From an uncultured Bacteroidota bacterium (GTDB taxonomy: Bacteria; Bacteroidota; Ignavibacteria; UBA10030; UBA6906), in contig CAWEKI010000010.1 of assembly GCA_963809695.1 (NCBI GenBank), forward strand, positions 606,225 through 670,224: a stretch of DNA of 64,000 nt, in the 5' to 3' direction. The notes under the pieces were generated by a model. The model saw only the letters and a program-made list of their open reading frames with translations, did no database searches and had not been told where the DNA came from. The translations under genes were made by a program, and so were the position numbers. This document shows positions 9,653 to 19,054 of this stretch, piece by piece (the stretch's first letter is position 1; each line of letters begins with the position of its first letter).

Positions 9653-10280
9653 GATCCTCTATCAGTCTGATGACTGCCTTCCGTAATCCATCTAATGTGT
9701 GCGAATACGGGTCGAGCGCCTGGATCGCCTTGGCAAGATCAGGATTGCCGTTGTCGCGGATCCAAATGGAGAAATCGTTGTTCCCCAACTCCGGACGCAT
9801 GCGCGCGTCGAACATGTGGTAGTAGATCGTATCGATACTCACGTTCTCCAGTGCGTCTCGAAACTCGCGGAGGGAAGAGACTTTGTAGGAGGTTGGAAAG
9901 ACAAACGTCTGACAGGTCATGAAGTGAAATTCTTCCCCCCGGGGACAGTCGATCTTTCGCTCGGCCGTCGGCAAGTACTCTTCCAGAAGAGACAAAAATC
10001 GCTGCCGGATCTCTTCGATGCTGATGCACTGCATGATATCTATGCTCCCGAGCCGCTCCCCCAGGAGGTCATCGTTCAGGACGTTGGTTACCCAGTACGC
10101 AAAATCGTTCGGAGGTTCCGGGGAGAGGTAGTGGTGTTGTTGAAGGAAGTGATGCGTATGAAAATAGACAGACATCGCAGGCACTTCGCGAAGCCCTGCA
10201 TAGAGTTCTGCGGCACTTTTGGCTTTCCGACCGAGTAGAATAGTCAATTCCGATTTCGTCATGAACTGGAATGTGCTCAT
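9639..10280 (-). CDS. Conserved hypothetical protein translationally coupled to treT (possibly DUF5752-like)
   Basis: Its stop codon overlaps the treT start (ATGATCACAATTGA; 14-nt overlap, 9639-9652). I prefer the ATG at 10280 (RBS GGGGAGGG) over the ATG at 10334, which has no RBS. The family name is from memory only. Confidence 0.55.
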   Translation of the reverse strand: MSTFQFMTKSELTILLGRKAKSAAELYAGLREVPAMSVYFHTHHFLQQHHYLSPEPPNDFAYWVTNVLNDDLLGERLGSIDIMQCISIEEIRQRFLSLLEEYLPTAERKIDCPRGEEFHFMTCQTFVFPTSYKVSSLREFRDALENVSIDTIYYHMFDARMRPELGNNDFSIWIRDNGNPDLAKAIQALDPYSHTLDGLRKAVIRLIEDHDHN

Positions 10281-11263
10281 GTGGTAGCCCTCCCCGTTGG
10301 ACAGCGCCAAGTTTGAAAGAAATCGGATCTCCATGAGTGGACAAAGGTTCAGCCGGCCAGGCGCAAAGTGTCACGGCTCCATCAATTCGGAATGTTGTGA
10401 AGTTATCAGCCGGTGTGAGGCCCGGGCGGCAAACTGTCTGTCAGGCTGGGGGTGGGGCACGACCGCGAGATGCTGAGGCGAAATGCAGGTCACAGCTCGA
10501 AGGAGTGCGAGGAAGTATATGAATACTGGAGAAATCGTGGTCAGACGTCAGCTCGCGTCCGACCGTTGAAAGATGATCAATAGAGAAAATCTTGACGAGA
10601 GGCAGGTGCCGTCGGGGAGTCCAGCTCGAACGAGGCGCTTGCTTGGAATGTCCGGCTGCTTTCTGCACTGCCGGGACGCCAGACCCGGTCGGCGGGAACC
10701 TGAAGCACAGAATATTGCCGTAGGTTGCCGAAAAATATGCAACCGCCACCATATTCAGCAGTATGGATCTGCGGCTTGATTCCATTGTCTTCTCACGCAA
10801 TGTACGAGACCAGATCTGAAAGTCAAGGGTTTTTTTGCCGCGGAGACTCCGAACCAGGTCAGGTTGACAAATCGCCGGGGTTCTTGTCGCAGAAATTGAA
10901 CCCTCATAGACTCCTCTGTGGCCGGCAACAAGAATGCAGACGAAGTGGGTACCATGTGTGTCGAGTTCAAGTGCGCACGTCCCCCACGAATGCCGGCCGA
11001 TTGGGTGAATTCGAATTCCGATGCCTTGACTTTCAAAGGGAGAGGGCATATCTTACGCACGAGATGCTGCGTCGCCTCTTCCAGCGATGCGAAGTCGCGG
11101 CGTGCGCCTCAAGACGCTGTGGCTGTACCATGCAGTCTGTTCCCATCGTTCCTCCCATCTCTCCCCCATTGTGTTCCATGTATCACACGTGGCCCACAAG
11201 GGAGTCTGGCTCGTTCTCTCTGAACTCGGTTGCTGCGATTAACACATCACGGAGGATATAGCC

Positions 11264-12334
11264 ATGCGCATGATGACCCTTGTTGCAGTTGTTGCTCTCT
11301 TCTTCCTCTCATATAAAGTCCTGGCTGGTGATGAGCCGCCGAAAGATCCCACACAAATCAATGTCCACGTTCTTGGGCCTGAAAAGCTCGGTAGTCTGCC
11401 CGCCGTTCCCATACCGCCCGGCAACCCACAAACGACCGGGAAAGTCCTTCTCGGCAAGCAACTGTACTTTGATACGCGTCTTTCGAAGGACAACACTATC
11501 AGTTGTGCGACATGCCATGATCCTGCAAAAGGCTGGTCAGATGCCGGACCTACAAGTGCGGGCATCAAGGGCCAGCGGGGAGGACGCAGAGCTCCCCCTG
11601 TTTCAAATGCCGCCTATCTCCCGCTTCAGTTCTGGGATGGAAGGGCACCGAGCCTTGAGGAGCAGGCAAAAGGTCCCATACAGAACCCAATTGAAATGGG
11701 CAATACCCATGACGCTATGTTGCGTACGGTGAACGACATTCCCGGTTACGTTGCAGAGTTCAAGGCTGTTTTCGGGTCGGGCCCGATGACAGTGGATCAG
11801 GTAGCCGATGCGATCGCTGCGTTCGAGCGAACAGTTGTGACGACGGACTCTCCCTTCGATCGGTATGTGCGCGGCTCTGAGGATGCACTGACGGAACAGG
11901 AAAAGTGGGGACTCGAAATATTCAACGGAAAAGGGCACTGTACGTCGTGCCATTGGGGCAGCAATTTCACCGACGGACGATTCCACAACATCGGCGTGAA
12001 GGAGAAAGACCCGGCAAAACCCGATCTGGGGCGCATTGAAATAACAAAGGACCCGCATGACAAGGGCGCGTTCAAGACTCCGACCGTGAGAGATGCGGCG
12101 CTGCGAGCCCCGTATCTCCACGATGGTTCGGAAACCAGCCTCGAGAGCGTGGTGGAATTCTACAACAGGGGCGGTGATACAGACGGTCCGAACCTCGATC
12201 CCCTTATCGTTCCACTCGGGCTTTCCACCACCGAGAAAAGTGCACTTGTTGCGTTCATGAAGCGAGCGATGGTCAGCCTGAATCCCGAGGTTGCGAATGT
12301 GAAGCCCATTCCCCCAGCAGCATTTCCGAAATAG
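11264..12334 (+). CDS. Di-haem cytochrome c peroxidase (CCP/MauG family)
   Basis: 356 aa with a signal peptide and two CxxCH motifs in the canonical context (CATCHDPAKGWSD and CTSCHWGSNFTD), plus the FKTPTVRD...PYLHDG signature. The RBS is GGAGGA. Confidence 0.9.
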   Translation: MRMMTLVAVVALFFLSYKVLAGDEPPKDPTQINVHVLGPEKLGSLPAVPIPPGNPQTTGKVLLGKQLYFDTRLSKDNTISCATCHDPAKGWSDAGPTSAGIKGQRGGRRAPPVSNAAYLPLQFWDGRAPSLEEQAKGPIQNPIEMGNTHDAMLRTVNDIPGYVAEFKAVFGSGPMTVDQVADAIAAFERTVVTTDSPFDRYVRGSEDALTEQEKWGLEIFNGKGHCTSCHWGSNFTDGRFHNIGVKEKDPAKPDLGRIEITKDPHDKGAFKTPTVRDAALRAPYLHDGSETSLESVVEFYNRGGDTDGPNLDPLIVPLGLSTTEKSALVAFMKRAMVSLNPEVANVKPIPPAAFPK

Positions 12335-12347
12335 AGGAGCCCACGCC

Positions 12348-13607
12348 ATGAAGAAAGTCCTTTTCACGTTCGTGATCTCGGTCCTCTTCTGGAGCCTCTT
12401 TCCGGCCACGGGGAGGGCCATCCCTGCGTTTGCCCGCAAGTACGGGTTCAATTGCAACATGTGTCACAGCGGATTCACAAGACTCAATGACTTTGGTCAG
12501 CGGTACCGGGATAATGGTTATCAGATCCCCGGCCAGCAGGGCGCAGAGAAGACTGTTTTTGACCAGGGCCCGCCACTAGCACTTCGAACCTCCGCTGGCC
12601 TGAGCATGTACAAACAGGACAACCGCACAAGCAGCACCTTTGGCATTTTCGGACTCGATCTGCTTGCGGCCGGAGTGTTTCACAAGGACGTCTCCTTCCT
12701 TTTGATCTATACCCCGAGAGTCGATGAACCTGCAGGTGACTTCAATGGTCCGGGAACCGGCAACAATCCTTCCCAGCTTGGCGGTATTGAATCTGCGAAC
12801 ATCGTCTTCAGCAATATTGTCAGGGACGCACTGAACTTGCGTGTCGGTCGTTACGAGCCGGCGTACCATCCCTTCAGCTCGAAGCGCAAATACACGCTCT
12901 TCGAACCCTACGAGGTATACTCGTTCACAACACCGTCGAATAGCTTCGTCTTCGACGATAATCAGATCGGCATAGAGGCCGCCGGACATTTTGCCGGCGG
13001 CTTCAAGTATGCTGCCGGTGTCGTGAATGGCAACGGAGGAAATCCCGATAACAACAATGCCAAAGACATCTATCTGAACGCAACCCAAACCTTCGGGCAG
13101 GGGGATGGACAGACCGCAGGGCAGCGTGTGGGCCTTTTTGGCTATTATGGATGGCAACCGGTTGATCTTGGCACTTCTGTCCCCGGTCCAACGGGAGAGA
13201 CGAACGGCACCAACAATCAACCCTTCTACCGGCTAGGGTTCGATGGGAGCTTCTGCTACGAGAGCTTGAATCTCGGCATACTGTTCATGATGGGGGACGA
13301 TAACAAGGAGCTGAATACTCTCGACGCTACGAAGAATTATGACTTCACCGGCGGGTTTGCCGAGTTCAATTGGGCGGCATTTATGAATGACCGCGTGGTG
13401 GTCTCACTCTTGTACAACTGGGTGCGTCCTCCTTCGTATGACGCCCAGCGGAAGCTCGACGCATACACGGCGATGGTGCGATACTACCTCGGCGACTGGT
13501 CGGCTGTCAATGTAGGACTCCACGCGGAGTATACGTTTCGTCAGACGGGAGAATCACCCAGAGTGGATGAACACCTCGTCGCCTTTGTTGTGGACTTCGC
13601 CTTCTAG
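12348..13607 (+). CDS. Fused mono-haem cytochrome c / outer-membrane beta-barrel protein (Cyc2-like candidate)
   Basis: 419 aa, starting 13 nt after the peroxidase gene. After the signal peptide comes AIPAFARKYGFNCNMCH, the only CxxCH. The remaining ~370 aa are Gly/Tyr/Asn-rich with alternating-strand character and end in an aromatic terminus, ..FVVDFAF, like an OMP beta-signal. Confidence 0.5.
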   Translation: MKKVLFTFVISVLFWSLFPATGRAIPAFARKYGFNCNMCHSGFTRLNDFGQRYRDNGYQIPGQQGAEKTVFDQGPPLALRTSAGLSMYKQDNRTSSTFGIFGLDLLAAGVFHKDVSFLLIYTPRVDEPAGDFNGPGTGNNPSQLGGIESANIVFSNIVRDALNLRVGRYEPAYHPFSSKRKYTLFEPYEVYSFTTPSNSFVFDDNQIGIEAAGHFAGGFKYAAGVVNGNGGNPDNNNAKDIYLNATQTFGQGDGQTAGQRVGLFGYYGWQPVDLGTSVPGPTGETNGTNNQPFYRLGFDGSFCYESLNLGILFMMGDDNKELNTLDATKNYDFTGGFAEFNWAAFMNDRVVVSLLYNWVRPPSYDAQRKLDAYTAMVRYYLGDWSAVNVGLHAEYTFRQTGESPRVDEHLVAFVVDFAF

Positions 13608-13636
13608 TTCTTAAGGCATACCACATTGGACTGAGG

Positions 13637-13669
13637 AACCCCGGCACTCGCGTTCGTGCCGGGGTTTCT
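13637..13669 (+). terminator. Rho-independent terminator of the peroxidase/cytochrome-porin operon
   Basis: AACCCCGGCAC-TCGCGTTC-GTGCCGGGGTT followed by TCTG. It is an 11-bp GC-rich stem 30 nt after the stop codon. Confidence 0.6.
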
Positions 13670-13776
13670 GCATGTTGCCTCACTGATTTGCCGTGCCCGT
13701 CCCCCGCTAACAGGAACGAAGCCCGAAAAGATCGTCTTTTGCGCGATCACCTTCTTCATCTTTCACGCTTGATTCT

Positions 13777-16734
13777 TCAGCGTAAAGGGCCCGCAGGCGT
13801 ATGCGCAACGCGAGCCACTGTTTCGATTGTTATGGCCGCGACCGCCGATCCGTAGTCCAGATCGATGTTCGACATGTTGTCATGCGTATCATGGTAGCCC
13901 GTGCGATTGATATCATAGTTTTCCATGAAGAGCACGACCGGGATCCCCACATCGGAAAAGATCTGTCCGTCGGTATTGTAGAGCGAACTGCGCGGATCAC
14001 GCGGAATGCGTACTTCGCCCCGGAGCAATGGGTGGCAGGCCGTCTCTGGGATCGTAAGGGCATCGGGACTTCGTTGCCCCCGCCCTCGGGTTCGACGGTC
14101 TGGTTGTTCGTTCCAATCACGGACACTGCTGTTCCAGACCATGTTGGCGAGATGTGCCTGATATGCCAACCAGAATGATCTCCGGTTCAACCCGGGAGCA
14201 ATCTGAAAAACATCCCGTTCGGTAGAACGATTGTGAGCGATCATGTCGAGAACAAACACACCTTCGATGGCAACTCGCGAGAGATCGAGTGACTTTGTGC
14301 CCTTGACCCTCAAGCCAAGCGAGCCCTCGATCAGCTGACGAGCCAGGTCCCGCGCACCCAGGCAATCCGACGGAAACTCCTCGCCAGTCAGGTGGACGAG
14401 CCACACATCCCACGTGAGCTTCCCGGCCTTGCTGAGCTGCAGGAATACGGGAGCGGCCAGCATGAGCGCAGCCGTCGCAGAGTGATTGTCGTCGGCTCCT
14501 GCGGCAGCAACGCGTGCGAGCGTTCCGCCGCGTTCTTTGTAGTAGACATCTTCCATGTAGGCCGTATCGTAATGGTCTGCCATGATGACGGCTCGCGTGC
14601 GGTCTTTTCCCGGGATCCTGATTAGGAGATTGCGCTCATTAGCCTTTTTTCTCTGGCCTGCCTGCCAGCCTGCCATCCAGGGAAACTCAAAATCGGTCCG
14701 CCAGGCGAAGGGGAGGTCCCCGGCGTGCGCTTGCCCGCGCATTCCCTGACTGGCGATCATTTTTCGATAGTATGCAAGAAGCCAATCGCCGAGAGCCTCA
14801 AGGTCACGGTTTGGTCGTTTACGCAGCGCCAGCGATGGTTTATCGTTGACGCAATCGGCGTTATCCTTGTTGAGAAAACGACCCGATGCCAGCTGTGCGA
14901 TGGTCTTCCAGTACGACTCCTCAAACGCACGGTTCGCGGTGTATTGATATGTCAGCGGTTCGGGGAGCGGGCGCTGGGCCGCATCGCTTTGCGGGATAAT
15001 GATGCGGCGAAGTGCTTCGTGGAGAAGCACGCCGAATCCGCCTGAAACCTTCCACTCAGCAACCTGTTCCAGCCATTGATCCAGCGTCTGTTCGCGCGGG
15101 AGATTTACAATGCTCCGTGCGAAATCCCATGGCAGGACCTGACCTCCGAGAAAATCCGAGACCTCGAGAAGCTTATGCGCGTTGAGTGCGATCTGATGGT
15201 CACTATGTTCGTAAGCCTCTTTGTAGCCGCGCACGGTCGCCACAACCTCAGGCCGCCGCCGGAGTTCTGGCCAGAACTCGACGGGTGAGTCCACATCAGG
15301 CACATACGTATCGTATGCGGTCAGGTACCCGAGGGGAGCCTCCTCCAGCATTTGAGCCTTGCCGGTTTTCGGGTCAAGAAAGCACACCAGCGGAATATGC
15401 CAGAAGACTTCATACTTACCAACCAACATCGGCGGATAGTAGAAGCGATATCCGAATCTCCCGCCGGCCTTCAACAGCTCGGCAGCACGGATCAACTCCT
15501 TCCGGCCAGCACGCGGTCCATCCAGGATCAGGACATTGCCATCGGTCCAGATCTGTGCGTTGCGAGCTATCGGTTTACTGTAGAGCTCGATGTCAGCGGG
15601 GTCGCAGCTAAACAGAACCTTGGAGACTCGGTCAGCCAATCCCGCAACACTCAGATCATCCTTGTGCCGTTCCACACGTTCCCACCGATGGGTTCGCCGG
15701 TACGTACCACCCGCCCCAACCATCGACGCGCCCGCCGCGGACTCACCCGCGCGCGGCTCCAGCATCCACCCGGACTGCAAAATGCGGAGTCCACGTACTG
15801 CTTCCCGGCGTTCGCATACATTCAGAAGAGGAACCTGCGTCGATAACATGAGCTCTTGTTCCATGCGAAGATACGACGGGACTCCCCAGAAGATCAGGCT
15901 TCCCGGGAACGGCAGCAAATGGAGACGACCCGCCAGATAGGCCTTGCGTACAGGCTCCGGCAGAGATCCAAAGGGACGGAACGTCAGCAGGTATTTGACG
16001 CCATCCAGTGACTCTTCCTTCTCCAGGATGAACGGCTTGGTCCAGCGAGGCAGGGGATCCTGTCGCCAGCGCGGGTGGATCAATTGACCCGACCCTGGGA
16101 GGATCCTGAAACCCGCGACGCGAAGGTTGGTCAGCCGATGCGGGGGTTCATTGTAGACACTGGACAGGAGCCGGCGAATGAAATCGACCGCATACTCGGG
16201 AATCCGTTCCCTGCCCGGAGCATCATAGAAGCTCTTCCAGAAAGCGCGATCCGGCCCTTGCTCACTCCCGCCGAAGAACGTCCAGCGTATCCGTCCCTTG
16301 TCATCTTGAGTGCGTGAGAGGGCCAGCGGCATGAACGTCACGTAATGCTCATGCGGCAGTGCACCCAGTCCCTTCAGCTCATCCGGCCAATAGCTGTTCC
16401 CCTCGAGCTTCGATCGGCTGATCCCTTCTGCGGACTCGTCCCGATCCAGATGCTGCAGCGCATTCATGACCTGCCCGGCGATGATCTGGAGGCCGGGCTG
16501 CAGTTCAAAAACAGTTTCGCGTTCGCTCACCAGCCATGCGTAGGGGCTTCCAGGATTCCGTGGCGCCGGATGATTCGTGCCGTAGGGCCTCCATCCGACC
16601 CGTGGCGGTGGCATGAATTCGGAATATGCTTCGAGCCTGAAGCCGCGCTGCGTGCGAAACTTCGGGATATCACTGAGCAACCGATCCCATCCTTTGCGTG
16701 ACACGGTAGAGATCCTCTTGTTGTGAGTTCGCAT
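13777..16734 (-). CDS. Large protein with a C-terminal M28-family Zn aminopeptidase domain and a ~650-aa uncharacterised N-terminal region
   Basis: 985 aa with an ATG start. The C-terminal third carries M28-type metal-ligand motifs (MADHYDTAYMED, GADDNHSATAALM, LTGEEFPSDCLGA, DMIAHN, YHDTHD). No signal peptide is seen. Confidence 0.7.
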   Translation of the reverse strand: MRTHNKRISTVSRKGWDRLLSDIPKFRTQRGFRLEAYSEFMPPPRVGWRPYGTNHPAPRNPGSPYAWLVSERETVFELQPGLQIIAGQVMNALQHLDRDESAEGISRSKLEGNSYWPDELKGLGALPHEHYVTFMPLALSRTQDDKGRIRWTFFGGSEQGPDRAFWKSFYDAPGRERIPEYAVDFIRRLLSSVYNEPPHRLTNLRVAGFRILPGSGQLIHPRWRQDPLPRWTKPFILEKEESLDGVKYLLTFRPFGSLPEPVRKAYLAGRLHLLPFPGSLIFWGVPSYLRMEQELMLSTQVPLLNVCERREAVRGLRILQSGWMLEPRAGESAAGASMVGAGGTYRRTHRWERVERHKDDLSVAGLADRVSKVLFSCDPADIELYSKPIARNAQIWTDGNVLILDGPRAGRKELIRAAELLKAGGRFGYRFYYPPMLVGKYEVFWHIPLVCFLDPKTGKAQMLEEAPLGYLTAYDTYVPDVDSPVEFWPELRRRPEVVATVRGYKEAYEHSDHQIALNAHKLLEVSDFLGGQVLPWDFARSIVNLPREQTLDQWLEQVAEWKVSGGFGVLLHEALRRIIIPQSDAAQRPLPEPLTYQYTANRAFEESYWKTIAQLASGRFLNKDNADCVNDKPSLALRKRPNRDLEALGDWLLAYYRKMIASQGMRGQAHAGDLPFAWRTDFEFPWMAGWQAGQRKKANERNLLIRIPGKDRTRAVIMADHYDTAYMEDVYYKERGGTLARVAAAGADDNHSATAALMLAAPVFLQLSKAGKLTWDVWLVHLTGEEFPSDCLGARDLARQLIEGSLGLRVKGTKSLDLSRVAIEGVFVLDMIAHNRSTERDVFQIAPGLNRRSFWLAYQAHLANMVWNSSVRDWNEQPDRRTRGRGQRSPDALTIPETACHPLLRGEVRIPRDPRSSLYNTDGQIFSDVGIPVVLFMENYDINRTGYHDTHDNMSNIDLDYGSAVAAITIETVARVAHTPAGPLR

Positions 16735-16797
16735 TCTGAGGTCTGAATTGCGGATATCGGGCGAAACATAGCAACTGTCCTCCTCAATATCAACGCA

Positions 16798-16896
16798 TCA
16801 ACGTTTGGCGGAGGACGGAGCGGACCTGAATCTTGTAGAAATACACTCCGCTTCTCTCCTTTCATTCACCAGCACTGACACCTCACGTCCTCCATC
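16798..16896 (-). pseudogene. Relic of a T9SS (Por-type) C-terminal sorting domain
   Basis: The minus strand reads ..GGREVSVLVNERREA. After a 1-nt frameshift it reads GVYFYKIQVRSVLRQTLMR, then a stop. Compare LGRQVSVLVNERRNAGV...GMYFYRLQV in ORF 62035..62547. No upstream body or start is present. Confidence 0.3.
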
Positions 16897-17293
16897 GTCA
16901 TCTGCCTCTGACTAAACGCATATATGCCTCCTCCTCCCGGCAAGAGCGAGCCACCTGCAATGTTGTGTGTCACGAGGCAGTTGGAAATGCGGATCTTTGG
17001 GCAGGTGAAGAGAAGAGAGCCTCACCGTCCGGCGTAGGAGCTACACAGATCCGCTGAAAGGGGTGATGCAGGCATTCTAAGCACCACTTTCTCTACACGA
17101 TTCGCAAGAGGCAGCCTGCCTGTCTGATCCACAAATCCCCGGATCAGAATTTTCTCGTATTGCCGAGGTGCTGGGGGATCACCAGCCGGGCGAGGCGATA
17201 CAGTAGAGCCTCCGTGGCTTTTTCAACCGCCAAGGTATCCCACTCGACCTATCCCTCACAGAACAGCGTATCGATTCAGGCACGTTGAAGTAT

Positions 17294-17701
17294 CTACTTC
17301 GCGCCGATTGCTCTGGCCGCTCTTTCGACGTCCGTCGGAGCCACCCGGATGAACGAGCCATAGTTGCCACCGGCGGCAATGGCATGAATGGCCATGATGT
17401 TGATCCCCGCTTTCGCCATTTTCTCGAGGCTCTTTACAAGCGCCCCGGTCTTGTCCGTCCCTTTCTGGAAGAGACCGCTCCCCTCCTCCATCTGGATGCC
17501 GGATGGTTTGTACGTACTCCGGAACTTGTCAGGGTTCTTCGGGATGCAAAAGAGCTCTCCTTGTCCCGGCTGGGTGTTGTATGCCCACAGCGCAAAAAGC
17601 CCGAGATTCTTGGACTTCATCTCCCTTGCGGCGGCGAGCAGCATCCCCGGCTTGTCTTCAAGGGTTGTCTTGAAATAGGTTACGAGCTTGGGCTTTGCCA
17701 T
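17294..17701 (-). CDS. Small ACT-domain-like protein (two ACT-like halves)
   Basis: I prefer the ATG at 17701 (RBS AAGGAGAT) over the start of ORF 17294..17842. The two halves are LEDKPGMLLAAAREMKSKNLGLFALWAY and TDKTGALVKSLEKMAKAGINIMAIHAIA. Confidence 0.55.
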   Translation of the reverse strand: MAKPKLVTYFKTTLEDKPGMLLAAAREMKSKNLGLFALWAYNTQPGQGELFCIPKNPDKFRSTYKPSGIQMEEGSGLFQKGTDKTGALVKSLEKMAKAGINIMAIHAIAAGGNYGSFIRVAPTDVERAARAIGAK

Positions 17702-18075
17702 GGTGATCTCCTTGAGTATGTGACGGCAAGAAAATACATTACTGAGCGCTGTTTCGCATGATCCACGACTTCTAAGGGTCCTTCGCTCAGCCATTCGTCG
17801 TGAATCTCCCCACAACAAGTACGCATTCCCTACTGAGGGCACTGGTACGCAAGCCTCAGGAGATGAGAGATTCCGACGAGAAAGAAAAGAGCGCCGGATC
17901 TTATCCTCCCAATCTGCCGCCTCTAAAGTAAATTGGCTGCGTGGCGTATGACTGTCGCAACAATGCAGTTTTGCGTCATGTCAGGACAACGTGGAAGAGA
18001 AACATGCTTCGTTGGCACACCGCTGATCATCGACCTGTCGTGCAGCCTTCATGGATCTATGCGACGTCGGACCTG

Positions 18076-18510
18076 TTATTTCTTTCCAACCTTGGTCCCC
18101 TGGGTGGCCACACATTGCCACCTGCCGTCGCGTTTGACATAGACATCAGTGAATCGAATATCAAGCTGTTCAGCCTTCCCGCCCTTCTTGAATGCCACGT
18201 TGTTGCGGCCAGTAACAACCGCGGTTTCACCATAGATGTGCACCTTCAGATCGGAAAGGCTGAACGACTTCTCCGTATACTCAGGCGAGGTGTCATCTTT
18301 GATCCCATCGACCTTGTTGAACACGGTTCCATCTGAACTGGTCGCAAGATATTCTGTGGCATAGAGCTGGTCGAGGAACTTTCCATCGCTCTTCACCCAG
18401 GCATTGCCCCAGTCGTTTTCGACTTTGATCAGATCCTTTCCACCAGCACTCTGTCCCCACACGGGGAGCACGCAGACGAGCGCAAGGATAACTACCAGAA
18501 ATTGCTTCAT
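18076..18510 (-). CDS. Secreted NTF2-fold protein (DUF4440/SnoaL-like)
   Basis: 144 aa with a signal peptide (MKQFLVVILALVCVLPVWG), the pattern ..WGNAWVKSD.KFLDQLYA.EY...S.DG.V and a C-terminal DGRWQCVATQGT. The RBS is AGGAGAAG. Confidence 0.65.
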   Translation of the reverse strand: MKQFLVVILALVCVLPVWGQSAGGKDLIKVENDWGNAWVKSDGKFLDQLYATEYLATSSDGTVFNKVDGIKDDTSPEYTEKSFSLSDLKVHIYGETAVVTGRNNVAFKKGGKAEQLDIRFTDVYVKRDGRWQCVATQGTKVGKK

Positions 18511-18991
18511 GAGGCTTCTCCTAAGAGGTTATTGAGTAAATGTGGATTGTAGGGCACTTCGCATAACAATAAGTACGCGAATCTCACGTCGACGCACCGA
18601 CTCCCCCTTCTTGTGTCATCCAGTACTCGGTTTGCGTGGGTGGCTTACACCAAGGAGGTCGTTGGAGCAGGCTCAACGCAAGAATCACAAAACTGATGAA
18701 GTATACCGGACTGAATTTCAGGATGAATCGCCTGAAAGGATGAAAAAGTAGTTAATCCTCGAAAGGGACTGATTCACCCCCTTGAAGGCGCCCATGTATA
18801 ACTTACTGAAGCGTAACTGGTCAATGAAGCAGCGGAAAATAAGTGGATTCAACCAAGCCAGGGCAGAACCGATCAGATATTGAGGGAAACGTACGGCTTG
18901 GGTAACAGCGGGTCACTGCTTCCAGACAGCGCACGAGAGGGCGAAATTCCTTCCTGATCCAGTTATTAGGTCTGACTTGAGGGAATTGAAA

Positions 18992-19022
18992 CTCCACATC
19001 CCGCCTTCTGCGGGATGTGGAG
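18992..19022 (-). terminator. Terminator hairpin downstream of the 19055..19786 gene
   Basis: Perfect 13-bp stem, CTCCACATCCCGC / GCGGGATGTGGAG, with a 5-nt loop. On the minus strand it is followed by TTTCAATT and lies 33 nt after the stop codon. Confidence 0.55.
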
Positions 19023-19054
19023 TAGCGGAGACACAATCGCGATCGCCTCAGACG

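Noticed and set aside
10441-11261. ORFs 10441..11049 (-), 10725..11261 (+) and 10755..11060 (-) as genes filling the gap upstream of the peroxidase operon.
   Set aside because: They overlap each other. Their composition is biased and low in information (Arg/Ser/Pro/Cys-rich), and they have no RBS or family motifs.
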